64,000 bases of DNA, from the NCBI GenBank assembly GCA_963701095.1, contig OY969564.1:768001-832000 (forward strand). The letters are read 5' to 3'. The position numbers were made by a program, and so were the translations under genes. The notes beneath the pieces were generated by a model. That model had not been told where the DNA came from. It saw nothing but the letters and a program-made list of their open reading frames with translations, and ran no database searches. Source of the stretch: an uncultured Methanoregulaceae archaeon. GTDB lineage: Archaea; Halobacteriota; Methanomicrobia; Methanomicrobiales; Methanospirillaceae. Positions 52,381 to 63,974 of the stretch are shown here, piece after piece (position 1 is the stretch's first letter; every line of letters begins with the position of its first letter).

Positions 52381-52845
52381 ATGCCGTCACTGTTCAACAA
52401 ACCGCTGAACCGCATCGTCCAGAACGATTTCGGCGGTGCCCTGTTCGCCCAGATCGGCCCGAACGCAACCCTCGCGTACATGATCCCCGGTGCTGTTGTC
52501 GCAAACGACACCTATGACAACTGTTTCAAGGAAGCCACCGATCCCAGCAACAACATCGGGGTGCTCGGGTACGAAGAAACCCTCCCGGCAAACCAGCCGC
52601 TCTCCATCACGAGCGCCTATACGGCCACCGGTACCAAGGTCGCCATCCACAACACCCCCGGTATGCGGTTCCATGCCTGGATCGCGGCAAACCAGAGTGT
52701 CAAACCGGGTACCCGGCTGAAATGCACCGCCGCCGGCCAGCTCACCCAGACGACTTCACCCACCGACCCTGTCAACGCGGTTGCCCTGGAGACGGTAACC
52801 AGCACCAGCGCATTCCAGGCGTGGTGTATCTGGACCATGAGGTGA
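52381..52845 (+). CDS. Head decoration/cement protein (probable)
   Basis: 154 aa beta-rich; VKPGTRL..AAGQL..AVALE; directly before the MCP. Confidence 0.55.
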   Translation: MPSLFNKPLNRIVQNDFGGALFAQIGPNATLAYMIPGAVVANDTYDNCFKEATDPSNNIGVLGYEETLPANQPLSITSAYTATGTKVAIHNTPGMRFHAWIAANQSVKPGTRLKCTAAGQLTQTTSPTDPVNAVALETVTSTSAFQAWCIWTMR

Positions 52846-52853
52846 TCTAAACC

Positions 52854-53758
52854 ATGACTTCCGATCTTACGTTTATTGAACGGACTTTTGACAAGGCCAT
52901 TGTCCAGGTCCTGCGTGAACCGACCGTGGGCTACAAGCTCATGCCGATGAACACCGATTTCCGGGGTATAGGAAAAGAGAGCGTTGAGTACTTCAACTAC
53001 AAACAGCGGGGCAGCGCGAAGATCGCGTACAGTTTTGACCGCAACGGTCCCGACACGATTGACGCCAACGGCACGATCATCAAGGTACCGATCCTCCAGA
53101 CCCAGGTCAAGATCCCGCGCCGGTCGTTCCAGATGATGGTCGACAACGGCGTCCCGTTATCCAACGATATCGCGTTCGATATGATCCGGGCGATCAATAT
53201 CCAGGTTGACGGGCTGGTGATCAACGGCTGGACAGAAGACGGCGTTACCTACGAATCGTTAGGCATGAGCCAGATTGCCGGGACTGCCGTTACCGGTGCG
53301 ACCGTCCAGACCTTCGGGAACACGTACAAGGCTATCCAGAAAGCCATTGCTGCGATGGTGCTTGCCGGTATTGATGCACCGGCCTACAACGCCCTCATGA
53401 ACCCTGTCCAGGCCGGGATCCTGAAAGGGTCTTTGAACGCGAACTCGGGCAACCCGGAAATGGCGATGGTTCTGGATGCGTTGAACCCGAACGGCGGCAA
53501 TACCGGGCAGTTCTTCCAGCGGTCTAACGTGCCGGCGGGATACATGATCGTTGCCCGGCACCGGTGGAAACGTCAAAGGCGTATTTCGATCTTATTGAGA
53601 CTGTGGCTCCCATGCACAACGCCTGGTTTGACAACGGGAACGAAAATACCGGTGATGTGTGGATCGAGCAGTATACCTGTCTTGTTCCCCGGTTCAAGCA
53701 CAAGGATCCTGTATTGCAAACCGATCCGGCTATCGCGTACGTATCTTCGATGACCTGA
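52854..53758 (+). CDS. Major capsid protein (HK97 fold), frameshifted near 53557
   Basis: About 300 aa in the capsid position; adding one C in GCC-CG joins it to APVETSKAYFDL..PRFK. Confidence 0.7.
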
Positions 53759-53768
53759 GGTTTTTACC

Positions 53769-53972
53769 ATGAAACTCAAGGTTATCAAGAATACGCTGGT
53801 TCTGGCCGATGGTACCGTGGTTAAAGCCCACGCTCTTTTTGAGGCGGAGGAGCCCTATGCGAGTGAGTATATCAAGGGGAGAATAGCTGTGGCTGTACCG
53901 AGCTCTTCTGGTGAGAGTGTGGTACCGGAGGAAGAGAGGGTACGTCCGGGAAGACCAAGCGGGAAAAAATGA
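53769..53972 (+). CDS. Small post-capsid virion protein
   Basis: 67 aa; GAGG RBS; ends the head block. Confidence 0.55.
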   Translation: MKLKVIKNTLVLADGTVVKAHALFEAEEPYASEYIKGRIAVAVPSSSGESVVPEEERVRPGRPSGKK

Positions 53973-54300
53973 TACTTTAATCTTAAACAACTTTTTTTAA
54001 AAAATTACACTATATTTAGTGAACACTTTTTTTAGAGTATAACTCAAATATTGGTCCTCAGATATTCTTCAATTGAGATTCTCTCTCTTGAGTGCAATCG
54101 GTAAAAAGGCTGGTACAGGATAAATATTAGATTGTTAGTAGCTGATTTGCTTTCCTTTAATTGCGGTTAAATTCTCCGTTGAGGAATTCAAATATTTTGA
54201 GGATTCTTTGGCCGGGATCCTCTATGAGATTAAAATTAAGATCAATTATCACTTTATCAGAATCGGTTTAAAAATTATCAAATTATCATCAAATAAGAAA

Positions 54301-57300
54301 TTATTGGATGGTATTAGTGGTTCCTCCATTGATGGTATATTGAACTGATGTTCCATTTGCATATTTGAATTGATAGATATTGGGGAGCAGTTCAATACCG
54401 TTTGAGAATGTTCTCCAGCCATTCGCATAATATTGAGTAACATTTCCTGAGCTTGAAATCACTTGGCCTGTCTGGAAATTAACAATTAAATTGACGGAGG
54501 TATTTTGAATCAGCGTGTTTGTCCCACCTGCATAGGTCATTTGAAATGAATACGCTCCAGGTAGCATATTAAACATTGTCGAACCTGTTGAATCAGTTGT
54601 TCCAAACGGTTTCCATCCGTTGGCGTAATATGTTACAATTCCAGAGGATAGCGGGTTTCCGGCGCTATTCACCAATTTTACAGTTGCATTAGGAGCTTGG
54701 AATATTACTAACGAATTTTGACTGATATTCTGGGGAATATTGTTTGAGGTTCCAACGTAAACCATCTGGAATGTATACGATACAGGAAGAAGCTCAAGCG
54801 AGCAAGAGCCTCCGTTTGTTGATCCAAACGTCTTCCAACCGTTTGCGTAATACTGGACCGAACCGGCATTTGCAGCAGTAATAAGATTTCCATTACCGTC
54901 AATCAACTCTGTGGTGACATTAGTCGTCTGGAAGGTGACAGTGGGACTTACGCTTACGTTCTGAAGGAGGTTTTGCGCCCCTCCTGCATAGTCCATCTGG
55001 AACGTGTACGATAGAGGAAGGAGTTCTAGTGAACATATTCCGGCATTTGTGGATCCGAATGTCTTCCAGCCATTTGCGTAATATTGGACAGAACCGGCGC
55101 CTGGACCGGTTATGAGGTTGTTCTTACTGTCGAGTAATTTTACGGTCACATTTGTCGTCTGGAATGTTACAACAGATGATGAAATTACTGTTTGGAGCAG
55201 ATTTTGGGTTCCTCCACCATAATTCATTTGGAATGTATAGGTTCCCGGTGCAATATTCGATGTTGCAAGACCGTTTGCATTTGTCGTTCCAAAAGATTTC
55301 CAACCATTTGAGTAGTAATTGACTGTCGCACCAGAGATGCCTTGTCCCAGGCTATTCTTAAGAGCAACTGTAACACCTTGGGAGGTTTGGGGTGCATTCA
55401 CTTGAATATAATTAATGATGGTATCGGTATTGCTCCCACCTGCATTTGTAACCGTCAAACTCACAGTATAGTTACCAGCTGTACCAAAGGTGTGAGTGAC
55501 ATTCTGGAGGGAAGAATATGTACCGTCTCCGAAACTCCAGCTCCACGAAGTCGGTGAGTTCAGTGAGGTATCATTGAACTGTACAGTTAACGGAGCCGTT
55601 CCTGAAGTTGCATTTGATACAAACGAAGCAACCGGGGCGACGACGGGTGCTGAGACATTGATGTATTGAGTGACGGAGGTCATTCCTGCGTCATTTCCTG
55701 CAGTCAGAGTAACCGTGTAATTACCAACATTGCTATACGTATAGGTTGGATTTTGGAGAACTGATGAGTTCCCATCACCAATATTCCAAATCCAATAAGT
55801 GGGAGAATTCGTAGAGATGTCGGAAAATTGAACAGTCAATGGGGCCGCTCCCGTTGTCACATTAGAAGTGAAATTAGCATCGGGCGGATAAAACCCATCA
55901 ACGATAATATAATTATACTGTGTTCTTGTATCACTCCCAAGACCATTGCTTGCCGTTAATGAGACGGTATAATTTCCTGGATTTTGATAAGTATGTACCG
56001 GATTTTCCAAATTTGATTCCTGACCGTCCCCGAAATCCCATGACCATTGCGTTGAATTGCGAATGGATTCATCAGTAAATGTAACGGTCAACGGGCCAAA
56101 TCCTGAGGTAACATCTGAAGTAAATTGGGCACTTGGAGGGGCTGAAACGTTTAATTCCGTTGCATATTGGTTATTTAACTCTTGATCTTGTTGTTGAGAG
56201 AGATTGATGAGATTTGGAATTGTCTCATTATAATTAACAATTAATGATGTTGGTGCCATTAAAGTAAGATTCTTAATTGAATTTATCTCATGATCATTAT
56301 ATCCCATCTCCTTCAAGATCTGGATGTAATCCGATGGTAGACCGTTCTGACCGATTGCATTCTCTGCAGATATAATATCAGATTCAGTGGGCTGATACCC
56401 GATAGCTTGTAAATAATTTAATGCGGGACCTGACAAGACATTTTCTGTTTGATCATCATTCACCATTTTACTAGTATAATTGTAACATTCTATCTGTAAT
56501 TTTGCAGCCCAAATTGTATCATTAGCATCTAAAGCGCCTTCGTATTTGGCATATGCCTCTGCATAAGCCGAAGTGTCTGCTGCTGAAACGAGACTCTGTT
56601 GGGCAAATTTCTTTAATGGAGTATTCGGTGACTGATCAAGTTGTGGGATATCTATTGGTGTATCATTGATAGGCAAGGTGTAATTTGGATCCGGATCTGA
56701 GGCTGCCACATTATACTCTTCGCTTGTTTTAAATTCTGCAGCAGCCATTGTATACAGATCGGGATTATAAGTAGTAGTGGATATAGACTGTATAGATCCA
56801 CCTTCTTCTCCTTCATTCCCTCCGAACTCTATTACCAAAGTTGCGGTGGCTTGTAAAGACCAAATATCGCTAACTATTGAATGATAAAAACCTTGGGCAA
56901 GATCTATATCTTTTTCAAATGGTACAATTATTGGTACTATTATCGAAGTGCCTTGAGAAATATCGGGGGAGTTAAATTCATATTCATAATCAACCCCGTT
57001 ATCGGCAGCAATTAGGTTGCCGGCTTGAAGACCTGTCGATAAAATACTTAATAGTCTATCTACTTTATCTATTGCTTGCTGGAAAGGAGTACCTTCGTTT
57101 ATTGTTAGAGCATTCCCTACAGCATTTGCCATATCTGCGTCATTCGCAACATTATCAACGATCTCCTGCCCATTTTCATAATAGGTGTTACTTTCGAGCC
57201 ATAACCAATTCCAATCGTGTTGATAGTCCCCGCAAACAGGTCCTGTCAAATGGCGATGTTACCGTTACTGGGTGAGTTTCGTTATGTGTAGGTTGTATAG

Positions 57301-57859
57301 GACTGTGAGCAGTTATCCAATATGGCAATTCGGTTATGGTAATAGTGGTTGGGATAGAATAAGGCATCCCGTACGGATCGTGTAACTGTGCACATACTTG
57401 ATACGGCTGGTTCTTGTATAAAATAGGATTAATTACTGGGGAACAAATGCCATAAAGATTACATTGCCCAGCTTGCGAGTATACTTCATCGAAGGTGAGA
57501 GTCCCTATCCATGTAAGCTCGGCATTAATGGTATACGGGCCACTACTTTCAACATCAACCGTTGTTGACCAATCTTGGTATCCATAAAGCTTCACTGTAA
57601 TAGTATGAGTGCCATATTGTAAGAAATAGGCACCCGGAGTCACACCAGCAATCCCTGAACCATCCACAAAAAATTCAGCTCCAGCAGGAGTGGATGATAT
57701 ATCAACTTCTCCAGTGGGCGGTGGCGGGGTAGGAGTAGGGCCTCCAGATGGGGGGAGTGTAGCAGGTACCATCGGCATCATGCCTGCCGCCGATACAAAA
57801 TTGCTCATCATTACAACCATAAAAATTGCAAAAAATGAAATTATAAGTAGTCTTTTCAT
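54301..57859 (-). CDS. Secreted/surface protein with PEGA, three PKD domains and C-terminal YYANGW repeats; frameshifted near 57240
   Basis: Signal peptide, SSTPAGA (PEGA), W.W.FGDG/HTY..GNYTV PKD motifs, repeated VxYYANGWKxFG. Confidence 0.8.
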
Positions 57860-58012
57860 AAAATCAATATATTCATTAAAAAAATATACTATTTAACTTT
57901 TATCATTTAAATCTCTCATAATTTTGTCGATCATAAAATGAAAGAAAATGCTTCTTATACTGTAAAAACTTATTATAAATTTTAACAAAAAGTTTGTATA
58001 TCGTTATTTAAT

Positions 58013-58870
58013 CTATTTAATGCCATTCAATGCTACGAATATGAGTCCACTGATAAAAGTAATAATACCTAAGGAGATAATGAGGTAAATCGGTTTTGCT
58101 TTTTTTGCTATGTTCATGAGGAAATCTATCGCTAAATAACTGACGACAGTTGCGATAATTATTGTTATAACAATGCCAAGAATACCGGGACCAGCAATTG
58201 ATGCCATTAAATTAGCCGAATCAATACTAATCAACTCGCCTAAACTGGTGACGACTACGCATGCCAAAATAATTAGCGGCAAAAAAGAAAGGCGAAATGC
58301 TTCTTTTCCTTTGACATTTAATAATACAAGTGCGATTGTTGTTACCCCGGGAAGGCTTATCCCGGGAAGAAGGCAAAGATCTTGTATTATGCCAATAAGT
58401 ACGTATTCTCCGAATTTTATATCTAATAGCTGTCGCCTGAAATTATCATCTGTATATTTCGATTTAGAATACCAAATTACAAACGTATAAATAAAGAGGA
58501 TTATTCCAAGAAATGTTATGGGTAATCCGTCATTATACCACGAAAGTTGTCTAAGAACAAGCAATGGAAGAAAAAATACGAGACTAACAATACCTGTAAC
58601 AAGTATATATTTGAATAATCCCCACTCATCAGAGGTTCCCTTCCCAAGAAGTGCTTTAATGAGCGATATTATATCTTTCCTGAAATAAACAAGACCTGAT
58701 AAAGCAGTGCTGATATTTAGAATTAATACAAAATCAGATGCCTGAAGATTATTCAAGCCAAGAAGGTGTTGTGATAAAATGAATGCCTGACCACCAACTG
58801 GTAACCAAACGGTTACTGCCTGAATTACCCCAATAACTATTGAAAAGAAAATTTGTACAAGATTTAACAT
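58013..58870 (-). CDS. UppP/BacA-like membrane protein with degenerate catalytic motifs
   Basis: GVIQAVTVWLPVGG (cf. QGLTEFLPISS), PGISLPG (cf. PGxSRSG), AFRLSF. Confidence 0.7.
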   Translation of the reverse strand: MLNLVQIFFSIVIGVIQAVTVWLPVGGQAFILSQHLLGLNNLQASDFVLILNISTALSGLVYFRKDIISLIKALLGKGTSDEWGLFKYILVTGIVSLVFFLPLLVLRQLSWYNDGLPITFLGIILFIYTFVIWYSKSKYTDDNFRRQLLDIKFGEYVLIGIIQDLCLLPGISLPGVTTIALVLLNVKGKEAFRLSFLPLIILACVVVTSLGELISIDSANLMASIAGPGILGIVITIIIATVVSYLAIDFLMNIAKKAKPIYLIISLGIITFISGLIFVALNGIK

Positions 58871-59200
58871 AATATCAAAATATTGTATGACAAATTTTAT
58901 ATAATTTATTGTTATATTTGGGTCTACGAAAATTCTGCATCGCGTTGAAACTTTGCTCCTCCTGAAGACTTTTCAGAACCACAAAAAATAGCGATAATAA
59001 TTCCAATTATCCATAAACCGGTTTGATTATTCGATATATTAGATAAAGTTCCATTGATATCCATTGATAGAATAGCCTCACGGTATGATGCAATATAATT
59101 ACCGTTATTAAATAGCACACTTCATTTTCTATTGAATTAATCGGATAACTCCGAACTGAGGTGCCAATTTTCCCAAATTCAATCAATCCAACCGCTTTTT

Positions 59201-59286
59201 CCCCAATCCATCCCTTTTCCTCCCGTTTTTGCCGAATTCATACCCAGATATAACCCCATACAACCCCAATATATTCAATGCCCGAT
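59201..59286 (+). promoter_or_regulatory. Repeated promoter/leader, copy B
   Basis: gccgaattcatacccagatataaccccatacaaccccaatatattca-ATG(59278). Confidence 0.8.
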
Positions 59287-59894
59287 GCGCCGATAGCCTC
59301 CAAACCAACCGTCGTCAACATCCTCATGCCGGATGGTACAATAAAGCCCTGGAACCGGGCAACCGAACCCAAACCTGACAGTATAGGCAACCAGAGCCGG
59401 AACGGGTTCCTGTTCAACTGTTATTTTCATCCGCTCGGCCGGTTTTTCCAGAATACCATCAAAGCCGGGATCCTCTCGGTTATCCGGCGCATCCATGACA
59501 AGGAAATCCCCCGGTACGACCGGCAGGCATACGTCTACGAAGATAAACGGCTCCAGGTCTTAGACAAAATCATTACGGACGCAATCGAACGCACCATCCA
59601 GGACGCAGACAAAGACCGCAAACAGGAGATCCTCAACCAGTGCAAGGATATCTGCCTGTTCATGCTCAAGGAAGACGCCTTCTACCGGCCCCGGGTATCG
59701 AAGCAACCGTCCGGGCAGCAGAACAGATCCTGGAGAACAAAAATCTGCTCCTTTCCCTGACCGATTACGAAGCCTACAACATGACCCGGTTCGCGGACGG
59801 CACCAACCATGCCGGTGACTTTTCCGATCTTCCCGAAGATGAACGCTCGAAGCTCCCCAAACACTGGACGGACGGGAGCGTGTACGGCAGATGA
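59278..59894 (+). CDS. Viral hypothetical protein, frameshifted near 59695
   Basis: ORFs 59278-59760 and 59640-59894 join on adding one G; ATGA overlap with the next gene. Confidence 0.6.
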
Positions 59895-60376
59895 CGACCG
59901 TCTTTGACACCTCCGGCAATATCATGCAGGAAGTTACGGATATCAGCAACTACACGGTCCCCGGCACCATCTCCATTCCAACATTCCTGCGGTTCCTGGC
60001 CAAAGCCGAAGAACAGGTCACCCTCGATGACCCCGGGTTCCAGCTCGCACAATGCACCGAAGCCGTGGCTCTCTACATCTGCCACCAGATTTACCGGAAG
60101 ACCGGGAAAAGCGGCGTAACCTCGGAACGGTTGGGAAGTTACAGTTTTTCCCGGGGTAAAGGGGTGCAGCTCACTCCCTGGCTGGACGATTACTACGATC
60201 TCATCGAACGGGTCCGGGCACCGGTGATCTCGCTCAGTACGCTCGATACCAACGGTGTCCGGCGCGACGATGCAACCATGAACCTGCTCCGGCCCGACCA
60301 GGCATGGGTTGTGGGAAGCGACGAGCAAACAAACCCGCCGACCGGAGGCATGGGCGATCTCATGGGGTACCGGTGA
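59891..60376 (+). CDS. Head-tail adaptor protein (probable)
   Basis: AVALYICH..GVTSERLGSYS..S. Confidence 0.65.
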   Translation: MTTVFDTSGNIMQEVTDISNYTVPGTISIPTFLRFLAKAEEQVTLDDPGFQLAQCTEAVALYICHQIYRKTGKSGVTSERLGSYSFSRGKGVQLTPWLDDYYDLIERVRAPVISLSTLDTNGVRRDDATMNLLRPDQAWVVGSDEQTNPPTGGMGDLMGYR

Positions 60377-60630
60377 TGGCTGACGCCACAAAACCACAAA
60401 CCGACCGCGAATGGCTGGTCCAGATTGACGGCAAGGTGGACTCTATCCTTTCCCGGCTGGAAAAAGGGGATTCCTGTATGAAAGATTACAGTGACCGGCT
60501 CGATGCCCTGGAGAAGTTCCAGGCGAAGCTCATCGGCATTGCCATAAGTGTGTCTTTACTCGCATCGTTCTGCGGGTACTGGATACTCTGCAAGTTAAGC
60601 GAACTGGGTATCGGCGGCGGTGGTCGCTGA
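60376..60630 (+). CDS. Coiled-coil + TM small protein (holin/hemolysin-like architecture)
   Basis: MADATK..RLDALEK then a hydrophobic helix; TGATG coupling. Confidence 0.5.
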   Translation: MADATKPQTDREWLVQIDGKVDSILSRLEKGDSCMKDYSDRLDALEKFQAKLIGIAISVSLLASFCGYWILCKLSELGIGGGGR

Positions 60631-60975
60631 ATGGATATCACCAGTGGCCTGCTTGCCCAGACGGTAACTATCGCACCGTTCCTTTCCCTGAGCCAGAACG
60701 GTGACCGCAGTTTTGGGACACCGGTTACCTATCCCTGCCGGGAAGAAAACGAGATCCGGGTGATCAAGAACAAGCAGGGCGAAGATGCGGTGAATTCAAG
60801 CCAGCTCTATCTTTCGCCAACCTACACCGACGCTTCCGGGAACGTGTGGCCTACAGTGATTGGCTATTATGACCGGATTACGCTCCCCAGCGGTACGCAA
60901 CCGCCGGTAATCCTGAAGATTAACAGTTATACCGACCTTGACGGATCGGTGGCATACATCGAGGTCGATACCTGA
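60631..60975 (+). CDS. Head closure (stopper) protein (probable)
   Basis: QTVTI..GTPVTYPCR..SQLY..DRITLP. Confidence 0.6.
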   Translation: MDITSGLLAQTVTIAPFLSLSQNGDRSFGTPVTYPCREENEIRVIKNKQGEDAVNSSQLYLSPTYTDASGNVWPTVIGYYDRITLPSGTQPPVILKINSYTDLDGSVAYIEVDT

Positions 60976-61398
60976 TGACGGTGACGTTCACCCTTGAAGG
61001 AACTGACGAGGTTGTGGCAAACGTGAATCGAGCCCTGCAGGAAGTCCCGGAACTGGTGTTCGGGGAACTGGTGGGATATGCCGACCAGATACTTCTGGCA
61101 TCCGAACCACAGGTACCATGGAAGACCATGCACCTTGAAGAGACGGGAACGGTTGAACCGGTAGATGACGACCCCAACGCCGTCCAGATTGTGTATGATA
61201 CTCCCTACGCCGCTAAGCAGCACGAGGATTTGACCCTGCACCACCCGAAACCCGGGACCAAAGCGAAATACCTGGAGGATCCCGCGATGGCTATGGTACC
61301 GGAGATTGTACCGGGATTGTGGATAAACTGCAGGATTATTTCGATACTGGGGTTCCGGATGTGACTGCGTTATCTGCATGGGAACACTTGGATGAATA
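60975..61398 (+). CDS. HK97 gp10-like neck/tail-completion protein, probable frameshift near the 3' end
   Basis: VP.KT..L..YDTPYAAKQHE..KAKYLEDP; the alternative frame ends at TAA 61398. Confidence 0.7.
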
Positions 61399-61540
61399 AT
61401 CCCACGACGGTTCAGTTTCTTCGCCGGGACTTTTAAATAGTCAGCATTGATCAGATAATCCCGCTCTGAAGCAAATGTGAAGAAACAGCACTTGAGGACA
61501 TTGTATTGGGACAAAGAAAAGTTGCGCAGATACGTTTTGT

Positions 61541-62290
61541 CTATTTTTGAAGACCAAATATTATATTTGTTATTCGACTAGTTCCTATTCCACAACATCC
61601 AGTGTAAAATGATTCCCCTACTGGAATTTCCAAACCTTCAATAAAAATTCTTCCATGAAGATGAAACCCTACAACTTCGATCCAAGAATTATCAACCAAC
61701 ACCTCAATATCTCTAACCATAAGTTCTTTTGTATCGTTTTCTTCGTTGTTTTTTATAGAAATGCGTGTAGTTAATCCAAGATTTGATAGTGTGTTTTCTA
61801 AATTTTTCATTAATTCGCTCAAAATAAATTTTGCTTCATCAATTGGAGCGAACCATACGCATTCTATCCTTTGAAACTCGAATAGCCTATAATCATTTAC
61901 ATCTTTTTCAACTCTATAAGTCCATCCCGATTTATCAAAAAATTTTATCGTTTTATGGGGCTTCCTATTTTTTAAGAAATAGTAAAATGGTTCACATTGC
62001 CAATGTGATAAAGTATATTTTTTTGGATAATTCCGTGAACTCATTCCTTCTTCGGTGTTAATTATTTCTTTTGACCATTCTTTAGCAAATCGAGGGACAA
62101 CATTTTTTAAGTTACAAAATTGATCAAACATAAGTAATTTGGGAAAGAGACACTCTTCAAACCCAGCTTCAGTTAAAGATTGCGCTAATTTTGATTCAAC
62201 TGCTCTAAATTTTGAAGTATATTCTGGCAAATATAGTCTTTGACCCTGCCACCCAATTTCTTCCCATAACTCTTTCTTTTTATTTTTCAT
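61541..62290 (-). CDS. Stand-alone catalytic domain of a methanogen-type seryl-tRNA synthetase paralog
   Basis: GFEECLFPKL (motif 1), QCEPFY, FFDKSGWTYRVE..EFQRIE (motif 2), HG..FIEG, TGCCGIGTSR (motif 3); only 249 aa. Confidence 0.8.
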   Translation of the reverse strand: MKNKKKELWEEIGWQGQRLYLPEYTSKFRAVESKLAQSLTEAGFEECLFPKLLMFDQFCNLKNVVPRFAKEWSKEIINTEEGMSSRNYPKKYTLSHWQCEPFYYFLKNRKPHKTIKFFDKSGWTYRVEKDVNDYRLFEFQRIECVWFAPIDEAKFILSELMKNLENTLSNLGLTTRISIKNNEENDTKELMVRDIEVLVDNSWIEVVGFHLHGRIFIEGLEIPVGESFYTGCCGIGTSRITNIIFGLQK

Positions 62291-62293
62291 ATT

Positions 62294-63271
62294 TTAAACC
62301 TTCCGAATTTTTTCAAAATGTTCTAATAAATATTTAAGCGCCGTTTCTTTAATAACTGGTTTTCCAGAATGATCTTTTACAATGTTTTCATACGAAGAAT
62401 AATCATTATCGCCAATTTTTATTGTTTTATACATTTGAAAAACTATGTAATCAAAAATTAATTTAATGAATTCGTTTGAACATTTATTAATAATATCTGC
62501 AATCACCTCAGGATCTTGATCACTATATATTGAATTTGAGGATTTCCCAGTGGAAAGGGGCAAGGAGTCAGTTCCACATAAAGTGTCAAAGTACAAGATT
62601 AATGGGGCATTATAATCGGGAAGGCCGCCATCAACAACAACCTTCCTCATTAATCCGCCCCAAATTGTTTCAACATCACCTTTTCCTGTCAACAACACTT
62701 GGCTTTTAACAATGTTTCCATAGGAAATTTCACAAAAATTATTTATTAAATCCCTAATCGGATTTTCCCTAACAATCCATTTTTTAATCCATTCTTCGTT
62801 GAAATCACATTTATACGCAATTGATAAGAGTGTGTTTGAAAATTTTTCATAACCTATATATTCCAAAATATTAGATTCTGTTAAAAATTCTGTTTTGGTT
62901 GGTGTCAATCCAGCTTGTATGTACCTTTTAATACAAGTTTCAACTCTCTTATCTATAGTTGGTTTTGGGATATGTTGTTGTTTTTCAATTAATTGGTCAT
63001 AAAATAACACCACACAATTAAATCCCTGATCTATACATTGCTTAATTTTTAGGCAAAATATTGCATGGAGAAGGTTATACTCTTCTGATGGTTGAACATT
63101 CCAAATTAAAATTGGGGCTTCTTTTTTATCATTGATTTTATCCCAAATAATATGTAACTCCGAATCTGCGGAACCAGACGTAGAATAGCGAGATAATTCT
63201 ACCTTTGGTGAAATTATTAAAATTTTATTTTTAAATTCCTGAAATGTTTCAGCTTTTTCAATCATGTTCAT
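62294..63271 (-). CDS. Tyrosyl-tRNA-synthetase-like class I protein with degenerate HIGH/KMSKS
   Basis: IWNVQPS..NLLH..GFNCVVLFYD, LLTGKGD, LCGTD..PLSTGK..NSI..D.PEVI. Confidence 0.6.
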   Translation of the reverse strand: MNMIEKAETFQEFKNKILIISPKVELSRYSTSGSADSELHIIWDKINDKKEAPILIWNVQPSEEYNLLHAIFCLKIKQCIDQGFNCVVLFYDQLIEKQQHIPKPTIDKRVETCIKRYIQAGLTPTKTEFLTESNILEYIGYEKFSNTLLSIAYKCDFNEEWIKKWIVRENPIRDLINNFCEISYGNIVKSQVLLTGKGDVETIWGGLMRKVVVDGGLPDYNAPLILYFDTLCGTDSLPLSTGKSSNSIYSDQDPEVIADIINKCSNEFIKLIFDYIVFQMYKTIKIGDNDYSSYENIVKDHSGKPVIKETALKYLLEHFEKIRKV

Positions 63272-63698
63272 TCGACCCCAGATAATTTTTCAGGAATTGC
63301 TTTATCTCATCAAAGGATTTGAAAATAAAAAATATGATGGTTAAAATAATGCCTATTATTCCAATATAGAAATCAAATATAGGTACTGTAACAAATTCAT
63401 TTTTCCATAAATAATTCAAAATCTCAATAATTAGGACTACTAGTGAAAGAAAAGTTATTATTAAACATAATAATCTGATTTTAATAATCTTTTCTGAAGA
63501 AATATTGTATCGTTTTTCTTTAGATAATATATATCTATTAAAACCATTTCTCGTAACTTTAATATTAGGATTCTTAAACACATCAAATATTTTGCTTGCA
63601 TTTTCGTTTGGAATCTCAATTTTTATTTCCACATCACCAGATAATGTTAATATCAACTGCTCAAGACTACTGATATCATTAATTATTTTTTGTTCCAT
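63258..63698 (-). CDS. Two-TM membrane protein, first gene of the aaRS-like operon
   Basis: Two hydrophobic helices; overlaps the next gene. Confidence 0.65.
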   Translation of the reverse strand: MEQKIINDISSLEQLILTLSGDVEIKIEIPNENASKIFDVFKNPNIKVTRNGFNRYILSKEKRYNISSEKIIKIRLLCLIITFLSLVVLIIEILNYLWKNEFVTVPIFDFYIGIIGIILTIIFFIFKSFDEIKQFLKNYLGSNEHD

Positions 63699-63894
63699 AG
63701 GTCATGATTGATAATGTTACTAACGATATCTCCACTTACATGATATAATTTTTGAATCAATCAATCGTATTGTGTTAAGGGGAATTTAGACGTCCCTTTG
63801 ATGCGGAGTAATGTTGACCAAACACAATAAAATAATCTTTTGAGAATATTAGACTTAAAAAGAGGGTTGTAAAATTCTTTTAAAAAGTCTTCTT

Positions 63895-63974
63895 TTCCAA
63901 AATCCCCCATTTTCCTCCCGATTTTGCCGAATTCATATTCAGATATAACCCGTAAAACACCACTATATTCAATG
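63895..63974 (+). promoter_or_regulatory. Repeated promoter/leader, copy C
   Basis: gccgaattcatattcagatataacccgtaaaacaccactatattca-ATG(63972). Confidence 0.78.

Noticed and set aside
53540..53758. Programmed frameshift in the major capsid gene
   Set aside because: No slippery heptamer; a missing C in a short run matches the window-wide indel pattern
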